Source: a marine bacterium B5-7
Lineage (GTDB): Bacteria > Pseudomonadota > Gammaproteobacteria > Arenicellales > CAJQKF01
Direction: 5' to 3'
DNA: 64,000 nt
NCBI GenBank assembly: GCA_021604525.1
Contig: BQJD01000014.1
Location: forward strand, 4,256-68,255
Below the pieces are notes generated by a model that made no database searches, was not told where the DNA came from, and worked only from the letters and a program-made list of their open reading frames with translations. Shown here in pieces: positions 51,918-59,427 of the stretch (position 1 is its first letter; every line of letters begins with the position of its first letter). The position numbers and the translations under genes are program-made.

Positions 51918-53363
51918 ATGACGATTCAACGAACCCTGTTCATTTCAATCGCGCTTGTCGTCGCCCTGACGTCCTCCGTTAATGCCGGCCAACAGCAGTT
52001 GCCGGCACTCGGCGATCCATCCATGAGTATCATCAACTCGAATGAAGAACAGCGTCTGGGGCGTCAATTCATGCGTTCTGCCTTGGTGCAGATGAATTTT
52101 ACCGATGACCCGGAGACCCGCGATTACATACGGGATCTCGGTGATCGATTGGTTGAATCGATCGGCCTGTCTGCTTCCGATTTTACATTTTCCGTAATCA
52201 TCGACCCGCATCTGAATGCATTTGCAGTCCCAGGCGGCTTCATCACGGTGCATACTGGTTTAATTACAACCACTGAAACCGAAAGTGAACTGGCATCGGT
52301 CATCGCCCACGAAATTGCACATATTACCCAGCGACACCTTCCACGCATGATTGAACGTTCCAAACAGCGCTCATTACCGGCGGCAGCGGCCATGGTTGCT
52401 GCAATTCTTCTGGGTGGTCAGGCAGGTTCCGCGGCTCTGGTAGGTGCCAACGCAGCAGTGGTAGCCGATCAGCTTCGTTATAGCCGGGATTTTGAGCAGG
52501 AAGCCGATGCCGTCGGAATACGCATCCTTGCGGCATCGGGTTTTAACCCTCAGGCGATGCCGGCATTTTTCCTGAAGCTGGAAAAAAGCTCGACTGTGCA
52601 GGCGAGTGAAGTTCCGGAATATTTACGAACCCACCCGTTATCAGTGGCTCGTGTTGCGGATTCCGAGGCGCGTGCCGCCAATTACCCGGTTACAAAACGT
52701 GATTCAAGCGAGAGTTATTATTTTGTCCGGGCCCGTACGCGCGCATTAACTGACGATGATCCAAAACGCGTTGCCGACTACTTTGCCAGCGTTGATACAG
52801 TGAATGAGACTGATGCTGCCGCGGCGCGCTACGGACAAGCCCTGGCGCTGTCCCGGACAGGAGATTTCGCATCTGCCAAAAAGATTTTCAACGAACTGAC
52901 GAGGACAATGCCCAACAATCTGTATATCAATCTGGCAGTCGCGCAACTTGAACTTCGCCGTGGAGCTTCGGCACGAGCAGTGGCTTTTCTCGAGTCGCTG
53001 TATAACGAGGATCCGGCCAACTCTTTGCTAGCACAATATTACAGTGAAGCGTTACTGGCGGCGAAACGACCCGATGACTCCTATCGGGTGCTGCGAAAAT
53101 GGCAGCGCAGTGAGCCGAAAAATGCGGTTATCTACAAGGATTTGAGTCGCGTATATGGCGAAACTGGTCGGCGTGCCGAATCATTTCAGGCTCTTGCTGA
53201 GTATTTTGCGCTCCGTTTTCAACCGAATCGCGCTATTGATGAACTGGAAAGGGCGCGCCAATACAGCACCGGCAATTACTATCTCACATCAAGCATTAAC
53301 GCTCGTGTCAAGGAGTTGACCGAAGAAATGCAACGGTACGATGAGTTGATTCCGCCAAAATAG
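51918..53363 (+). CDS. bepA: Periplasmic M48 metalloprotease with TPR domain (BepA/YfgC-like)
   Basis: 481 aa with a signal peptide, the HEIAHITQRH zinc motif and a C-terminal TPR-like helical region. Confidence 0.8.
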   Translation: MTIQRTLFISIALVVALTSSVNAGQQQLPALGDPSMSIINSNEEQRLGRQFMRSALVQMNFTDDPETRDYIRDLGDRLVESIGLSASDFTFSVIIDPHLNAFAVPGGFITVHTGLITTTETESELASVIAHEIAHITQRHLPRMIERSKQRSLPAAAAMVAAILLGGQAGSAALVGANAAVVADQLRYSRDFEQEADAVGIRILAASGFNPQAMPAFFLKLEKSSTVQASEVPEYLRTHPLSVARVADSEARAANYPVTKRDSSESYYFVRARTRALTDDDPKRVADYFASVDTVNETDAAAARYGQALALSRTGDFASAKKIFNELTRTMPNNLYINLAVAQLELRRGASARAVAFLESLYNEDPANSLLAQYYSEALLAAKRPDDSYRVLRKWQRSEPKNAVIYKDLSRVYGETGRRAESFQALAEYFALRFQPNRAIDELERARQYSTGNYYLTSSINARVKELTEEMQRYDELIPPK

Positions 53364-53691
53364 CGTAAACCACAGTTTGGGCTCAAGAAATACTTGTCAA
53401 TTAACAAGCCTCCTTTAATCAATTATCTAATGCAGATCGAACGACCGGGATCAAATCTCACTAATACGACTATAAGTAAATACGATTAATGATGAGTGGA
53501 AGGGTTGAAGTCGGCACTTGCCAAAGGCGAGTACATGTGGTCTGATTATTTTGGAATGTTACAGTTACGCAACCGATAGATATGATAATCCGGTGCGTAT
53601 ACGGTTTCGACATTTTGGTTCGAGACCGTAAATACGGTTAGAAAACGTGCTGCTACATCACGAAAAATCACATGACAGGAGGATATTTCTT

Positions 53692-54114
53692 ATGCTGAGG
53701 CTCAGAAAAACCATCACCGCTATCGGCCTTGCCAGCGGCTTGATGATCTCTATGAGTTACGCGCCGCAATTATTCGCGCAAACTTATCCAAACGATTCGG
53801 GTTGCAAGAAAATCGAGAACCCGACCGTAGAGCAGAAGGGCTGGTGTGTTGCTATCGATCGACGCAAGGGCAATTGCCTGGCCTGTCATACGATTATGGT
53901 TGATCCCTGGCCTGAAGGTTTCCCCCCGGGCGGCAATGTCGCGCCCGCGCTGGTATCAATGAAAGACCGGTTCCCTGATCCTGCCAAACTGCGCGCGCAG
54001 ATCTACGACTCAACAGCCATGAATCCGAATACCCGCATGCCGCCATTTGGCAAGCACAAGATGTTGACGGACGAACAGATCGATGAAATCGTGGCGTTTT
54101 TAATGACGATCTAG
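53692..54114 (+). CDS. soxX: Sulfur-oxidation c-type cytochrome SoxX
   Basis: AGGAGG RBS upstream, signal peptide, GNCLACH haem motif and MPPFG. The start is trimmed from 53647 to the ATG at 53692. Confidence 0.85.
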   Translation: MLRLRKTITAIGLASGLMISMSYAPQLFAQTYPNDSGCKKIENPTVEQKGWCVAIDRRKGNCLACHTIMVDPWPEGFPPGGNVAPALVSMKDRFPDPAKLRAQIYDSTAMNPNTRMPPFGKHKMLTDEQIDEIVAFLMTI

Positions 54115-54220
54115 CGGTCATTAATGCATATGTTTGAGTGTTGGTATGTTCATTGAGCAACCGTAATCAAGTGCGTGTTGCTCACACCCAAAACGAAATT
54201 TAACAGGAGAAAACTCAGCC

Positions 54221-54685
54221 ATGAAACGTAGAACTTTCGTTAAAGGCTCAATGGCAAGCGTCGCCTTGGCAGTCGCTGCTGGTGCCGGTTTATTACATCC
54301 GCGACGGGTGATGGCCGCCAGTTGGCCAGAAGCGGCATTGAGCGCGGATAATGTAGACGCGGCGCTCCAGGCCGCATTCGGAACGACCGAGATGACCGAC
54401 AGCGACGACGTGACTATCAAGGCGCCACTGCAGGCAGAAAATGGTGCGGTTGTGCCGATACAGGTAACAACGACTCTCGATGCTGACACGATTGCCGTCA
54501 TCTCGGAAAAAAACCCGGTACCGATGGTCTCCATGCTTAATGCAGGTGATGGCGTCGGCGGCGTATATAGCGTACGTATCAAAATGGGTGAAACCTCGCC
54601 AGTGCATTGCGTGGTTCGTTCCGGCGACAAGCTGTTTCGCAAAACCCAGGAAATCAAGGTGACGGTTGGCGGTTGCGGCGGATAA
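54221..54685 (+). CDS. soxY: Sulfur carrier protein SoxY
   Basis: Twin-arginine signal (MKRRTFVKG) and the diagnostic C-terminus VTVGGCGG. Confidence 0.94.
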   Translation: MKRRTFVKGSMASVALAVAAGAGLLHPRRVMAASWPEAALSADNVDAALQAAFGTTEMTDSDDVTIKAPLQAENGAVVPIQVTTTLDADTIAVISEKNPVPMVSMLNAGDGVGGVYSVRIKMGETSPVHCVVRSGDKLFRKTQEIKVTVGGCGG

Positions 54686-54761
54686 CTTTATAAGCCTCTG
54701 CCGAGATCGTAAAACCTTATTGGGTTTCCACTAACAGAATTTATATTACGCGAGGTTTTAT

Positions 54762-55073
54762 ATGGCTACCAAGATGAAAATAAAGACCGGCTCAACAGGC
54801 GGTTACGACGTTCTGGTGCTGGCTAAACATCCCATGGAAACCGGTAACCGAAAGGATGAGAAAACCGGTGAGTTGGTACCTGCACACTTCATTCAAACCA
54901 TGGTATTCAGTGTAAACGGCGCCGAGGTGGCACAGGCTAATCTTAGTCAGGGTGTCTCCGCCAACCCATTGGTCGGTATCAACATTCAAACTGCCAAGGC
55001 GGGTGATACAGTATCCGTCAACTGGACCGACAATAAGGGCGAATCTGATAGCGTTGAAGGCAAGGTCGCCTAG
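54762..55073 (+). CDS. soxZ: SoxZ
   Basis: 103 aa with MKIKT...VLAKHPMETG...HFIQ typical of SoxZ. It directly follows soxY. Confidence 0.9.
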   Translation: MATKMKIKTGSTGGYDVLVLAKHPMETGNRKDEKTGELVPAHFIQTMVFSVNGAEVAQANLSQGVSANPLVGINIQTAKAGDTVSVNWTDNKGESDSVEGKVA

Positions 55074-55206
55074 GGTATTGAGTAAGGATAACGAGTAAAA
55101 ATCTTAAAAATTAACAGCTATTTACATAGCTATTCGATATTTCAACAATATGTGACCGGAGTCGCCCCGTGACTTTGAATTTACATAAATTAAAGGAGGA
55201 GTTTGT

Positions 55207-56052
55207 ATGCGCAAACTACTAGTGACCGCGATAACAACCGGTTTTGCGGTATTCAGCTTTGCGGCTTATGCCACGCCCCAGGAAGATATCGAAGCGTTTC
55301 AGGGATACTTCAAGGAACGCTTTTCGGATGTTCCCCTTGAAGCTTATAACGATGGTGTAAACGCCTTGCCGCAATACGCAGAACGCCGAGAAAATTGGGT
55401 GCTTCTCATGGAATTCCCGCCGTATGAGGAACAAGTCGAAGTTGGCCGTCAGGAGTGGGCCAAACCTTTTGCTAACGGCAAAACATTCAACGATTGCGCA
55501 AAAGACTGGCCGCCTGCGAACGTGTATCCGGTCTACGATCCTGCAAGTGATGATCTGCGAACCATTGTTGGAGACATTAATGCATGTCTCAAGGCAAACG
55601 GTGAGGAGCCCATCAAGAATGTCAAAAATGGCAAGATGGCTCGTCTGGTCATCGCCTATAAAGAGCAGTTTAACGGTGAGCCAATCAATGTCGATATCTC
55701 CGATGCTGGTGCCGTTAAATGGTATGAGAAGGGTAAACAGTTTTACTGGGCCAAGCGTGGCCAGCTTAATTTTTCCTGTGCCGATTGCCACGTACATTCA
55801 GCCGGACTGAGTGTTCGCGGCGACGTGCTGAGTGCGGGCCTTGGACACACGACTGGCTTCCCTGTTTATCGGACAAAGTGGGCGCTGGCGGGTAAGCCGC
55901 TTGGAACAATCCATCGCCGTTACGGTGGTTGCAACGGCCAGGTGCGGGCTCAGGCATTCAAACCCCAGGGGCCGGAGTACAAAGCGCTTGAATTATATGA
56001 AGCGGTCATGAACGCGGGTATTCCTCTGAAGGTTCCTAGCCAGAGGCAGTAA
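55207..56052 (+). CDS. soxA: Cytochrome c SoxA (single CxxCH)
   Basis: Signal peptide, FSCADCHV haem motif and a conserved Cys-ligand region RRYGGCNGQ. Confidence 0.9.
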   Translation: MRKLLVTAITTGFAVFSFAAYATPQEDIEAFQGYFKERFSDVPLEAYNDGVNALPQYAERRENWVLLMEFPPYEEQVEVGRQEWAKPFANGKTFNDCAKDWPPANVYPVYDPASDDLRTIVGDINACLKANGEEPIKNVKNGKMARLVIAYKEQFNGEPINVDISDAGAVKWYEKGKQFYWAKRGQLNFSCADCHVHSAGLSVRGDVLSAGLGHTTGFPVYRTKWALAGKPLGTIHRRYGGCNGQVRAQAFKPQGPEYKALELYEAVMNAGIPLKVPSQRQ

Positions 56053-56075
56053 TCGACGATCACCAACATGACAAT

Positions 56076-56109
56076 GAAAGCCCGGCCATTCGCCGGGCTT
56101 TCTTGTCTT
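56076..56109 (+). terminator. Rho-independent terminator after soxA
   Basis: 11-bp perfect GC-rich stem GAAAGCCCGGC / GCCGGGCTTTC with a 5-nt loop, followed by TTGTCTT. Confidence 0.75.
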
Positions 56110-56257
56110 AAAGATACCGGTGTTAGCGTTACGCGATATTTTTTCTGCTACAAATCAGTGATTGCGAACGAATATTCATTGCCTTATCTGCAAACGATCC
56201 TTTGATTTTCTAAAGGTGGTTAAAGTACCTGATATTCCGCGAGATCAATCATCTTCC

Positions 56258-57247
56258 ATGACTCAAAACCGCGAGCAAATCATAGACGACGGCGCGCTAC
56301 GATTTGACGACACGCCACAGATTCGAACCATTAACCACCCCGACTGGTTCAAGGTTGGATTCCTTGATCTTCGTGAGGACTTAAGTGAGGCGATTAACTC
56401 GGGTAAAAGCGCGCTTGCCGTTTATTTTGGCCAGGAAAATTGCGCGTATTGCAAAGCGTTGATGGAGGTAAATTTCACTCTCACCGATGTTGTTGATTAC
56501 ACCCGGAAAAATTTCGATGTGGTTGCAATTGATATCTGGGGTGCCGCCGAGATGGTTAACATCGACGGCGTGGAGCTGACTGAACACGAGTTCTCAATCG
56601 CCAATGAAACCAATTTCACACCGTCGTTTTTGTTCTACGATGCAAACGGTGAGCTTGTTTTCCGCTTGAGGGGGTATTACCCACCTTACAGGTTTCGTGC
56701 CGCGCTTGAATATGTTGCCGACGGTCACTATCGTGACGAATCGTTTCGAAGCTACCTCGAGCGGGCGCATCCGCCACCCAAGTTTGACCTCGAGGAATTG
56801 AACGAGGAAATATTCTTTGACTCACCACCATTTTTCCTCGATCGATCCCGGTTTCCTGCAAGTAAGCCTCTGGTGGTATTTTTCGAGCAACGTAATTGTC
56901 ATGCCTGCGATGTACTGCATTCCGACCCGTTATCGGATGAAAGCACGCGTACCATGCTGGAGTTCATGCAGGTAGTCCAACTCGATATGTGGAGCGATAC
57001 GCCAGTGTTAACGCCAACCGGGGATCGTCTGACAGCACGTCAATGGGCGGAGCAGCTTGATATTTCTTATGCCCCGACACTGGTTTTTTTCGATGAACGG
57101 GGAAGGGAGATTATTCGTATCGGCTCCGTCGTACAGCAATACAGGCTTGGGCGGGTACTTCAGTATGTCGCCGAGTCAGGCTATAAAAGCGGTTTGAATT
57201 ATCAGCAGTGGCACGGGCTTCGTTCTGCTACCCCGGGTACATCTTGA
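56258..57247 (+). CDS. Tandem thioredoxin-fold protein (two CxxC motifs)
   Basis: Two repeated Trx-like halves: FGQENCAYCKAL and FEQRNCHACDVL. No signal peptide at any candidate start; the start is uncertain (track ORF from 56162). Confidence 0.68.
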   Translation: MTQNREQIIDDGALRFDDTPQIRTINHPDWFKVGFLDLREDLSEAINSGKSALAVYFGQENCAYCKALMEVNFTLTDVVDYTRKNFDVVAIDIWGAAEMVNIDGVELTEHEFSIANETNFTPSFLFYDANGELVFRLRGYYPPYRFRAALEYVADGHYRDESFRSYLERAHPPPKFDLEELNEEIFFDSPPFFLDRSRFPASKPLVVFFEQRNCHACDVLHSDPLSDESTRTMLEFMQVVQLDMWSDTPVLTPTGDRLTARQWAEQLDISYAPTLVFFDERGREIIRIGSVVQQYRLGRVLQYVAESGYKSGLNYQQWHGLRSATPGTS

Positions 57248-57407
57248 CAATTTGCCAACGCGATAAAATGATTTTTGATCGCCAGCAAAAAGCCGGATAC
57301 ACCGTAATATGCGTAATGAGAGATACTAAAGGTATGCAATACATTATTGTGCCTTTGATCAGGTATCAATAAACACCCTCACTCATACAGCAACAGAGGC
57401 AACTCAA

Positions 57408-57956
57408 ATGAAAATATTCTCAACCATAGGGCTTTTGCTCGCATTGACGACTTTCAACACCGGCACCCATGCACAAATGCCGATGCAAATGCCGAATCTG
57501 GGTGGGTTCTTCGGTGGCCAGCAACAGGCCAATCCGTTTGCCGGACAGCAAGCCAACGCGTTTACCAACATGATGGCACCCATGGGCATGATGGGTGGTG
57601 CCAATCCCATGATGATGATGGTTAATCCGGCTAACTGGCTTAATCCTAATGCCTACGCCCAGTTTGCAAACCCCATGAGTTACATGTCGATGATGAACCC
57701 GATGAGCTACATGGCAATGATGAATCCGATGACTTATCTGCCCATGATGAATCCGAACTCATACATTCAGATGATGAACCCAGCGCTTGGCCTTGCCGGC
57801 GTACAGCCCATGGGAAACATTGCGGCTATCGACCCCAACACATACTGGCAAGTGCTGGTGCAACTACTCGGTGGTATTCATGGTCAACCTGAAACCAGCG
57901 AAGGTTTTCTCGACAAACTCAAGGAAATTGGAGAAAAGGTCGCACCTGAACAATAG
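57408..57956 (+). CDS. Secreted Met-rich NPxxY nonapeptide-repeat protein, paralogue of 47492
   Basis: Signal peptide MKIFSTIGLLLALTTFNTGTHA. Repeats are NPNAYAQFA NPMSYMSMM NPMSYMAMM NPMTYLPMM NPNSYIQMM. About 26 Met in about 160 mature residues by my count. Confidence 0.8.
   Translation: MKIFSTIGLLLALTTFNTGTHAQMPMQMPNLGGFFGGQQQANPFAGQQANAFTNMMAPMGMMGGANPMMMMVNPANWLNPNAYAQFANPMSYMSMMNPMSYMAMMNPMTYLPMMNPNSYIQMMNPALGLAGVQPMGNIAAIDPNTYWQVLVQLLGGIHGQPETSEGFLDKLKEIGEKVAPEQ
57603..57782 (+). repeat. Coding repeat tract, N-P every 9 codons (five regular units preceded by irregular ones)
   Basis: N-P dipeptides occur at residues 66, 73, 79, 88, 97, 106, 115 and 124 of the ORF. Confidence 0.85.
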
Positions 57957-58066
57957 AACGTAGTTCGCGGAGCATTTATGTTGTTAATTGCTTATTTGTG
58001 TCGACCACGACGTTTGTTCCGATTGCATATTTTTAAATCAAAACCTAACTTAAACGGACAATTGCA

Positions 58067-58522
58067 ATGAAGTCTTTCAAGGTCACGTACATAACGGGAG
58101 TTTGCCTGTTGGCAAGTTCATTTCTGCCTGCCGCCGTATCCGCCCAGAATCAATCTGCCAATTCTGCAATCCACAGTTTGCAGCAGACTCTGAGTACCGA
58201 TGCCTATGCCGGTATTTTAAAGGCGATGGTAAATCCGGCAACTTTAAAAAACCCGGTAGTCGTGTGCGCTCAATGTCATTCCGATGAGGATGCGGCACGT
58301 TACAGTAAAGTACTTGGGCCAATGCTGCAGATGGCCAATCCACTTAACTGGGTTAATCCAATGGCCTATGTCAACATGGCGACACCGATAATGGATCCGG
58401 AAACCTATGCCGAGTGGTACAAGGCATACACCAAAAAATATGGTGGCCTGTTGGGTTACAACCCGGACACTGCTGCCGGGGAGACAACAGCCGACCCTGA
58501 AACCAAGGATCCCACAGAGTAG
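58067..58522 (+). CDS. Secreted protein with one CxxCH haem-c motif plus NPxxY-type repeats
   Basis: Signal peptide ending AAVSAQ. CAQCH lies at nt 58265-58279, followed by MANPLNWV NPMAYVNMA TPIMDPETYAEW. Confidence 0.75.
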   Translation: MKSFKVTYITGVCLLASSFLPAAVSAQNQSANSAIHSLQQTLSTDAYAGILKAMVNPATLKNPVVVCAQCHSDEDAARYSKVLGPMLQMANPLNWVNPMAYVNMATPIMDPETYAEWYKAYTKKYGGLLGYNPDTAAGETTADPETKDPTE

Positions 58523-58637
58523 TAGTTTTGGCTGACAATATGCGCAGTGTCTATGGCTGGCTCGTATCGGCTATTGGTGGGTTGTAGCCATTTTGAGACA
58601 GGTTCCAGGAACAGACAAAAAACAGGAGGATGCTAAA

Positions 58638-59369
58638 GTGAAGAGAGTCATCGGTTTCATCTTCGCTCTTATCGTTTCGGTGAGTTTGTGTGCCCAGGCA
58701 CAACAGGACAGCTTCAGTGTGCCTGAAGGGGCAAGTGATGAAGTGCGCGATGCATTACAGCCACATCCAGAACTTGGTGATCGGTTGTTGTCCGATCAAC
58801 CGGACGAGATTCAGGAGATCATGCGTGCGCAACTCGTAGAGCAGAGTAATCGACCATTGCCGCCAGTCCCGGCCGCGACCAAGAAGCAGTTGTTTGATCA
58901 GCTTACGGCAGTGAGTGGTTTGGGAATGCGTGACCTGTTTAACTTCATGACATCCAAGAAAAAGGTTGCTGAGGGTATTACATTCGATGAGGTCATAGAG
59001 GCCATGTTGATCAAGGCGAATGAAGTGAATTTCAAGAATGTTGGACACAACTTGTTCTGGAAAGATGCCTCCGCAGTGACAGGTGTTCCGGCACTGCGAG
59101 TCGAGATTCTACAATTCTGCGACGCTGTGGTCGGCCGTCGGATGCTCGATTTCAGCCCGGAGTTTTCGATTTTTATTCCCTGTCGTATTACCGTTATGGA
59201 AGATGCCACTGGTGATATCTGGCTAATGACAATGGACTGGGATGTCAGTTGGCTGGCAAATGCGTGGCATCCGGACTCTGAACTGAGCGATCAGTTAAAA
59301 GCCGATGCGGTACGTATTCGTGATTCGATGGAAGCCATTATGCAAGCTGGTGCTAATGCTGAGTGGTAG
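58638..59369 (+). CDS. Secreted DUF302 domain protein with an N-terminal extension
   Basis: AGGAGG RBS 8 nt upstream of the GTG at 58638. Signal peptide VKRVIGFIFALIVSVSLCAQA. The C-terminal half (ILQFCDAVVGRRMLDFSPEFSIFIPCRITVMEDATGDIWLMT) is DUF302-like. Confidence 0.7.
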   Translation: MKRVIGFIFALIVSVSLCAQAQQDSFSVPEGASDEVRDALQPHPELGDRLLSDQPDEIQEIMRAQLVEQSNRPLPPVPAATKKQLFDQLTAVSGLGMRDLFNFMTSKKKVAEGITFDEVIEAMLIKANEVNFKNVGHNLFWKDASAVTGVPALRVEILQFCDAVVGRRMLDFSPEFSIFIPCRITVMEDATGDIWLMTMDWDVSWLANAWHPDSELSDQLKADAVRIRDSMEAIMQAGANAEW

Positions 59370-59427
59370 CGTGTTATATGGACCAGTATTGGCTACTTGT
59401 TCTACTTGTTCAACGACATATTTTGAC

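Noticed and set aside
51671-51982. 103-aa plus-strand ORF in the tusA/bepA intergenic region
   Set aside because: It has a non-ATG start and no RBS. It runs into the bepA start in another frame and its composition is unremarkable, so it is probably non-coding promoter region.
55219-55797. 192-aa minus-strand ORF
   Set aside because: It is antisense to soxA.
57355-57369. TTGATCAGGTATCAA palindrome upstream of the Met-rich gene
   Set aside because: Both half-sites are perfect, but the spacer is 5 nt rather than the canonical 4 for Fnr. I did not call it an Fnr box; the N4 site at 57275 is reported instead.
59393-59410. Tandem duplication CTACTTGTT CTACTTGTT between convergent genes
   Set aside because: There are only two copies of 9 bp in a 3' intergenic spacer. 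This is most simply a slippage duplication with no evident function.
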